This document shows, piece by piece, positions 57,578 through 64,000 of a stretch of 64,000 nucleotides of DNA. A program made the translations under genes and the position numbers. The notes beneath the pieces were generated by a model. That model ran no database searches, was not told the DNA's origin, and was given only the letters and a program-made list of their open reading frames with translations. The stretch is from the human T2T-CHM13v2.0 reference genome, Homo sapiens: assembly GCF_009914755.1 (NCBI RefSeq), contig NC_060928.1. The stretch is one strand, 5' to 3'. Position 1 is the stretch's first letter, and each line of letters starts with the position of its first letter.

Positions 57578-60077
57578 CAGTCTTTTGACATAATGAGCTG
57601 CTGAAGAAAATAAAGAGTTCCTTTGGGGGACATGTCTTTGTTTTTTTGTTTATTGGTGGATTCGTGTGTGTGCATGTGTGTCTGGTTTATTTGTTTCTTT
57701 GTTTTTTTAAAGCAGAGTCATCAATAAATTGGTCTGCTACAGGAAAAGAACTGGTAAAATAATTTCTGCAGTCACCTTCCAGAATACGAGACAAGTGTTT
57801 TGGGTAAGAGGCAGAGGAAGAGAGGTTTTTGGTTTTGTTTTTTTTTCTGAAATTTGTACTCATCATTTAATTATTTATTTGTTATTGGAATACTTTTCTT
57901 CATTTCTGATAATATAGATATCGCAAAATAAAATTTTGGATTTTTTTGTTTTTATTTATTGATCCCAACTTGTTTCTTTCTACACAGAAAAAAAAATACT
58001 TAAAATCTAAAATTGACAAGCTAATTTAAAATACCTTAATAAACAAACAAATGACTCCAGCCTCTCTCTTTCTCTCTCACACATATAGACACTTGTATAC
58101 AATGCACATGATATTGTTGATAAATTCTGGGCAGGAATTTTGATTTGTATGAGTTTTCATGTACTTTCCAAACACTATACATTTCAAATCTCAATAAAAT
58201 AAAAATGAAGGTGTCTGAAAAAATATAAATCAGTCAGGGTTTTTCAGGCTTTACTAACAAAATAAAATCTCTAAAAATATGTAAATCAGGATATTTCAGG
58301 TTTTACTGTGTTCTCAAAAAATATACCTTTAAAAATGATTTCTAACATTTTATATTTTTAAGAGATGCACGTTTGATGCATGGTTAGAATTTCCTTACTG
58401 TCTTCAATGAAAACAGTGCATAGTAACAATAGATATAAATCTTTTCTATCCAAGTAGAACTGTTGTCTTACCCAGTGGTTCAAACGGCCAGTAATATTTA
58501 ACTTGTATACTTCGTGTAGCAATAAAACAAAGAAATGACCCTCTCAAAAGTTATATCTTGCATTATATAAATATTCTTCTTTTTACCTGCCTAGCCACAA
58601 AGTATCATAGCCTTTTACCCACAAATAAGTACTCTCCTTACTGAGCTCTAGACAGTTTTATTGATTTTCCTCACGTCAGAATGAAATAGTCTGTGCCAAT
58701 AAAATAACAATATTTAATTAAGATTCCCCAAAGTACCTTATTGTCAATTAGTATCTAACATAGCCATAAGTAGCAAATGCAGTGGATCATCCTAAATTAA
58801 TTAATTATTTCATACTTCGAAGGTTATATGATGGTGGAGGGGTGATCAGATAATCTGCTCTGGTAGATCTGTGTTTATTCAGCTGATACACAAAGTTTCC
58901 ATAAGTTTGGCAGAAGAACTTTGAAAGATTCATAATGACCTGGCTGTGTGAGGTAGGATGGGTTCTACTTCCCGTTAGTCATGCTACAGTGTGAGCAGGA
59001 GCCTGAGCCCACAAAGCTCAAACCCAAGAAACCACTGCAGTCTGTTGTTTTTTCCCCCTGAAGGGAGGCTGAGGAGAGTAGATGTATTCAGGAGAGTCGC
59101 CAAGTAATCTGATGACAAAAAAGGGGGAGGCAGAGATAATATCCTGCCTGTAGTCTTGACCTTTTTGCAAGTCATTTTATTTTTCTAACTTCAGTTTAGT
59201 CAGGGAGACAAAAATATACAAATCTCCTCCCCATTTCAAGACAAGGTACAAAATAAAGCCTTCTACCATCTCTTCCTTTGATAATAAGTAAATAAACTAT
59301 AAATAAAATAGTTTCAACTTCTCAGAATAGAGGTAAAAAATGTAGTAAGCCTTGCCTTTAGATTTGATCTTTGAATTATAAATGTAAACCGTTTTATTCA
59401 CGCCTGACATAAATGGTTTTTAATCTACAGATAAATAAGGTGCTATTCAGAGAAATAAGACTAGACTAGAATATTGAGAACACAGGCAATTTTATTCACC
59501 TGCAATTGAATCAAGCAATCATGCATTTAAGACATCACTGAAGATAGGATAACTAAAGTGTAAGGTTATTAAAACCATCAGATTCGGGTTGGTCATAAGC
59601 CTTCAACACTAATTCCTACCTGAAGACTTAGGTCCCCCTCTAGTCGCCCAGATTCTACTCAACAATGATGGCTGTTACCCTTCCTCATGGCACCCTATAT
59701 TAAATCTGCTTGTGTCATATCCTAGTCCTGAAAATGTGGCTTCTGATTGATTGGTTCTTAAGTCTCATATCTTCACGATACTTCTCACCTACCCAGCTAT
59801 GCAAGGCTGGCCTTATCAGAGATTTAAAAATGTCTTTAGACTCTCACTAGCTTCAAGTTAAATTAACATTTTTACAACAATCTTTTCTTCTAAGATGTCT
59901 CTCAGTTTCCAGCCACCTCGGTAGTGTTTTTAACAAAATCTTCAAAAATTTTGCTCATGATTTTTAGATGTTTTGTGATAGATGGTATCAAATTTGCCAT
60001 GGCAATGGAAGAGGAGTTCGCCATCTTTTCATAGAGAGCAAAGCTGAGAAATTTACTAGTTCTCTCTCCCGTCAATC

Positions 60078-60442
60078 TGTTACAGACTGAATTGTGCTCC
60101 ACTTCCTACATTTATGGGTTGAAGCCCTAACTTCCAGTGTGACTGCTTGGAGACAGGGACTCTAAGGAGGTAATTAAGGTTAAATGAAGTTATAAGGGTT
60201 GGGTTCTAATCTGAGAGGAATTGAGAGGACATCAGAGCTCTCTCTCTTTATGCATACACAGAGAGAAGGCATGTGAGACACAGTGAGAAAGTGCCATCTG
60301 CAAGCTGAGGAGAGAGGTCTCTCCAGAAACCAACCCTGCTTGCATCCTGATCTTGGATTTCCAGCCTCCTGAACTGTGAGAAAAGAAATTTCTATTGTTT
60401 AAGCTACCCAATCTGTGTTTGTGACATGTTATTACAGCAGCT
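60078..60442 (+). mobile_element. MLT1A-like MaLR LTR
   Basis: tgttacagactgaattgtg...aattaaggttaaatgaag...ccagcctcctgaactgtgag. Confidence 0.8.
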
Positions 60443-60444
60443 GC

Positions 60445-61268
60445 TCAACAAAAGAAAACATTCATGTGGCCAACAAACATGTGAATAAAAGCTCAACATC
60501 ACTGATCACTAGAGGAACGCAAATCAAAACCACAATGAGATACTATCTCACACTAGTCAGAATGGAGATTATTAAAAAGTCAAGAAACAACAGATGCTGG
60601 CGAGGTTGTGGAGAAATAGGAACACTTTTACACTATTGGTGGGAGTGTAAATTAGTTCAAACAATGTGGAAGACAGTATGGCGATTCCTCAAGGTTCTAG
60701 AACCAGAAATACCATTTGACCCAGCAATCCCATTACTTGGTATATACCCAAAGGAATATAAATCATTCTATTACAAAGATACATGCACACATATGTTCAT
60801 TGCAGCACTATTCACAATAGCAAAGACATGGAATCAACCCTAATGCCCATCAATAATAGACTGGATAAAGAAAATGTGGCACATATATACCATGGAATGC
60901 TATGCAGCCATAAAAGGGAACAAGATCATGTTCTTTGCAGGGATGTAGATGGAGCTGGAAGCCATTATCCTTAGCAAACTAATGCAGGAACAGAAAACCA
61001 AACACTGCATGTTCTCACTTATAAGTGGGAGCTGAACAATGAGAACACATGGACACATGGAGGGGAACAACACACACTGGGGCCTGTCAGAGGGTGGAAT
61101 AGGGGGAGCTAGAGCATTGGAAAAACTAGCTAATGCGTGCTGGGCTTAATACTTAGGTGATGGGTTGATAGGTGCAGCAAACAACTATGGCACACGTTTA
61201 CCTATGTAACAAACTTGCACATCCTGAGCATGTACCCCAGAACTTAAAATAAAAACTAAAATAAAAAA
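60445..61268 (+). mobile_element. L1PA10/11-like 3' end
   Basis: ORF2 C-terminus ([23 protein letters not shown]); 3'UTR and A tail. Confidence 0.88.
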
Positions 61269-61778
61269 CCTAAATTTATTTTCTGTCTAAGATCCTCCCA
61301 ACATTGATCATTGACACTCAGAATATGCACCCACTTTAGTGTAGACTCTATCTTCCACCTACTGGGCATAGTTTTACACAGGGGCCTCAATAAAACAACT
61401 AAATGAGAATATATTAGAAGATCAACATATTGTAGTAGATACACTGCCCTCTGACTAGCTGTTTTAACCAATGTTTTCCATTTCCTCTATATAACGCACT
61501 GATACTCATACCATACTGAATTAGCGATGCTGCCTGACTACTCTAGTATTTTATGCCACTCTGCTTTCATGTTTTCAGTTTTTTTGCTTACTAAGAATTA
61601 GTCTGGTACCCAAACATTTGTGTTTGTTTCTTTTGACTACATCATTTTGTTTATTATAGCTACATAATTAATTGATATTACAAAATTATTATGTAATACA
61701 TAAACAATTATTTAATTAATAATAATATATGATTAAATGTGTGTGAAGACAGAGTGGTTCCTATAAATACAAAGCTGC

Positions 61779-62446
<668 letters not shown>

Positions 62447-62546
62447 TTAAATAAACTGAAATAGAAATAGCAGAGGATAAATTATGTGTATGATTTAATA
62501 CATTCATATTTTCTATGTTATTTTTTTTTAAAAAAATTATTGTGTG

Positions 62547-63035
62547 TGTTGGCAGATAATTCTCCATGGGTCTCTCACATTTCTGCACATATTCTTAGCA
62601 GAGGCATTAGCAGCTCTTGCCATGACTATCTTTCCAAGTGTATTTGCATAACAGCTTTGGAAGATACAGATAGTGTCTCTCCCTAGAGCTAAAGGTAGAT
62701 TTATTTGCAGTAAAGGATCATAAAGCTAACATCTACCTCTCGGACAAAGGTTGGGCAGTCTTGCTTCTATCCCCCTTACAGAAGTTTGGAGTTTCCCAAG
62801 TTGGAGATTCCTCTGTTATGATACAACTCATCTGTGTAGCATTCTCCCAGGCCATTCGGCATTACCTATATGGGACTTGGTGGGACAAGAACAAATGTGT
62901 GGCCTGCTGTGCTCTGAGACTCTTTTTTTTTCTGATACAGGAGCTTCTTGTCTTCTGCTGGCATCCAAGAAACTGTGGCAGGCTAACTTGTTAGCTTTCA
63001 AGAAGGGTAGAATCTCAGTCTTCAGAGTTCATGAC

Positions 63036-63036
<1 letters not shown>
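62547..63036. mobile_element. ERV1-class solo LTR (MER89-like, subfamily uncertain)
   Basis: tgttggcagataattctccatgggtctctc ... aaactgtggcaggctaacttgttagc...aatctcag. Confidence 0.55.
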
Positions 63037-63037
<1 letters not shown>

Positions 63038-63083
<46 letters not shown>

Positions 63084-63084
63084 C
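63038..63084. repeat. (CA)n(TA)n compound microsatellite
   Basis: Direct read. Confidence 0.93.
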
Positions 63085-63422
63085 ATAATATTTATATGAT
63101 TGTTTTAACCTTTATAAAATGACCTGACCAACTACTCCTACTAATTTTATCAAATAAGAGTGATTTTACTATACTCACTAAGGTGGTATAAGGCCTTCCT
63201 ATTCTCTCTCTCTCAGTGCTTCTTCCTCCAACAGTAGTGAAAAGGCATTCAGAATACTTGATTAAGTGTTTCAATAATGATCTTCTCCATTGATCTCCCA
63301 TTTGATGATATATATGTATATATATATTTAGAATATAAGATAGCTCATTTTGTTGTTTAATGATATGTAAATATATATTTAGAATAAATGATAGCTCATT
63401 TTGTTATTTAATAGTACTTGAT

Positions 63423-64000
<578 letters not shown>

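Overview
Primate (very probably human) genomic DNA. Bases 1-~6300 are the 5' end of PPP3CA (calcineurin A alpha) on the minus strand. Coding exon 1 (5430-5487, MSEPKAIDPKLSTTDRVVK + phase-1 GT donor) and its long GC-rich 5'UTR lie in a ~2.8 kb CpG island, and 1-5429 is intron 1. The island looks bidirectional: a spliced, polyadenylated plus-strand lncRNA (probably FLJ20021) runs from ~6470 to ~7575, and there is a perfect minus-strand splice donor for an upstream alternative first exon. The remaining ~56 kb is intergenic, made of nested L1, Alu, L2, MIR, LTR and DNA-transposon fossils, and none of the ORFs there look like real genes. I found no convincing new multi-gene system. The best unexplained signals are: an L1PA7-like 3' transduction with a full TSD and poly(A) signal (41504-41909); a 189 bp TSD-less templated copy from 4.35 kb away (24261-24449); an exact ERSE-II element inside a palindrome that overlaps a poly(A) signal (7630-7651); and 5'UTR control elements of PPP3CA (a single AUG-UGA start-stop, a candidate UTR intron, clustered AATAAA). 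Repeat subfamily names and most repeat boundaries were assigned by eye from remembered consensus sequences and are approximate.
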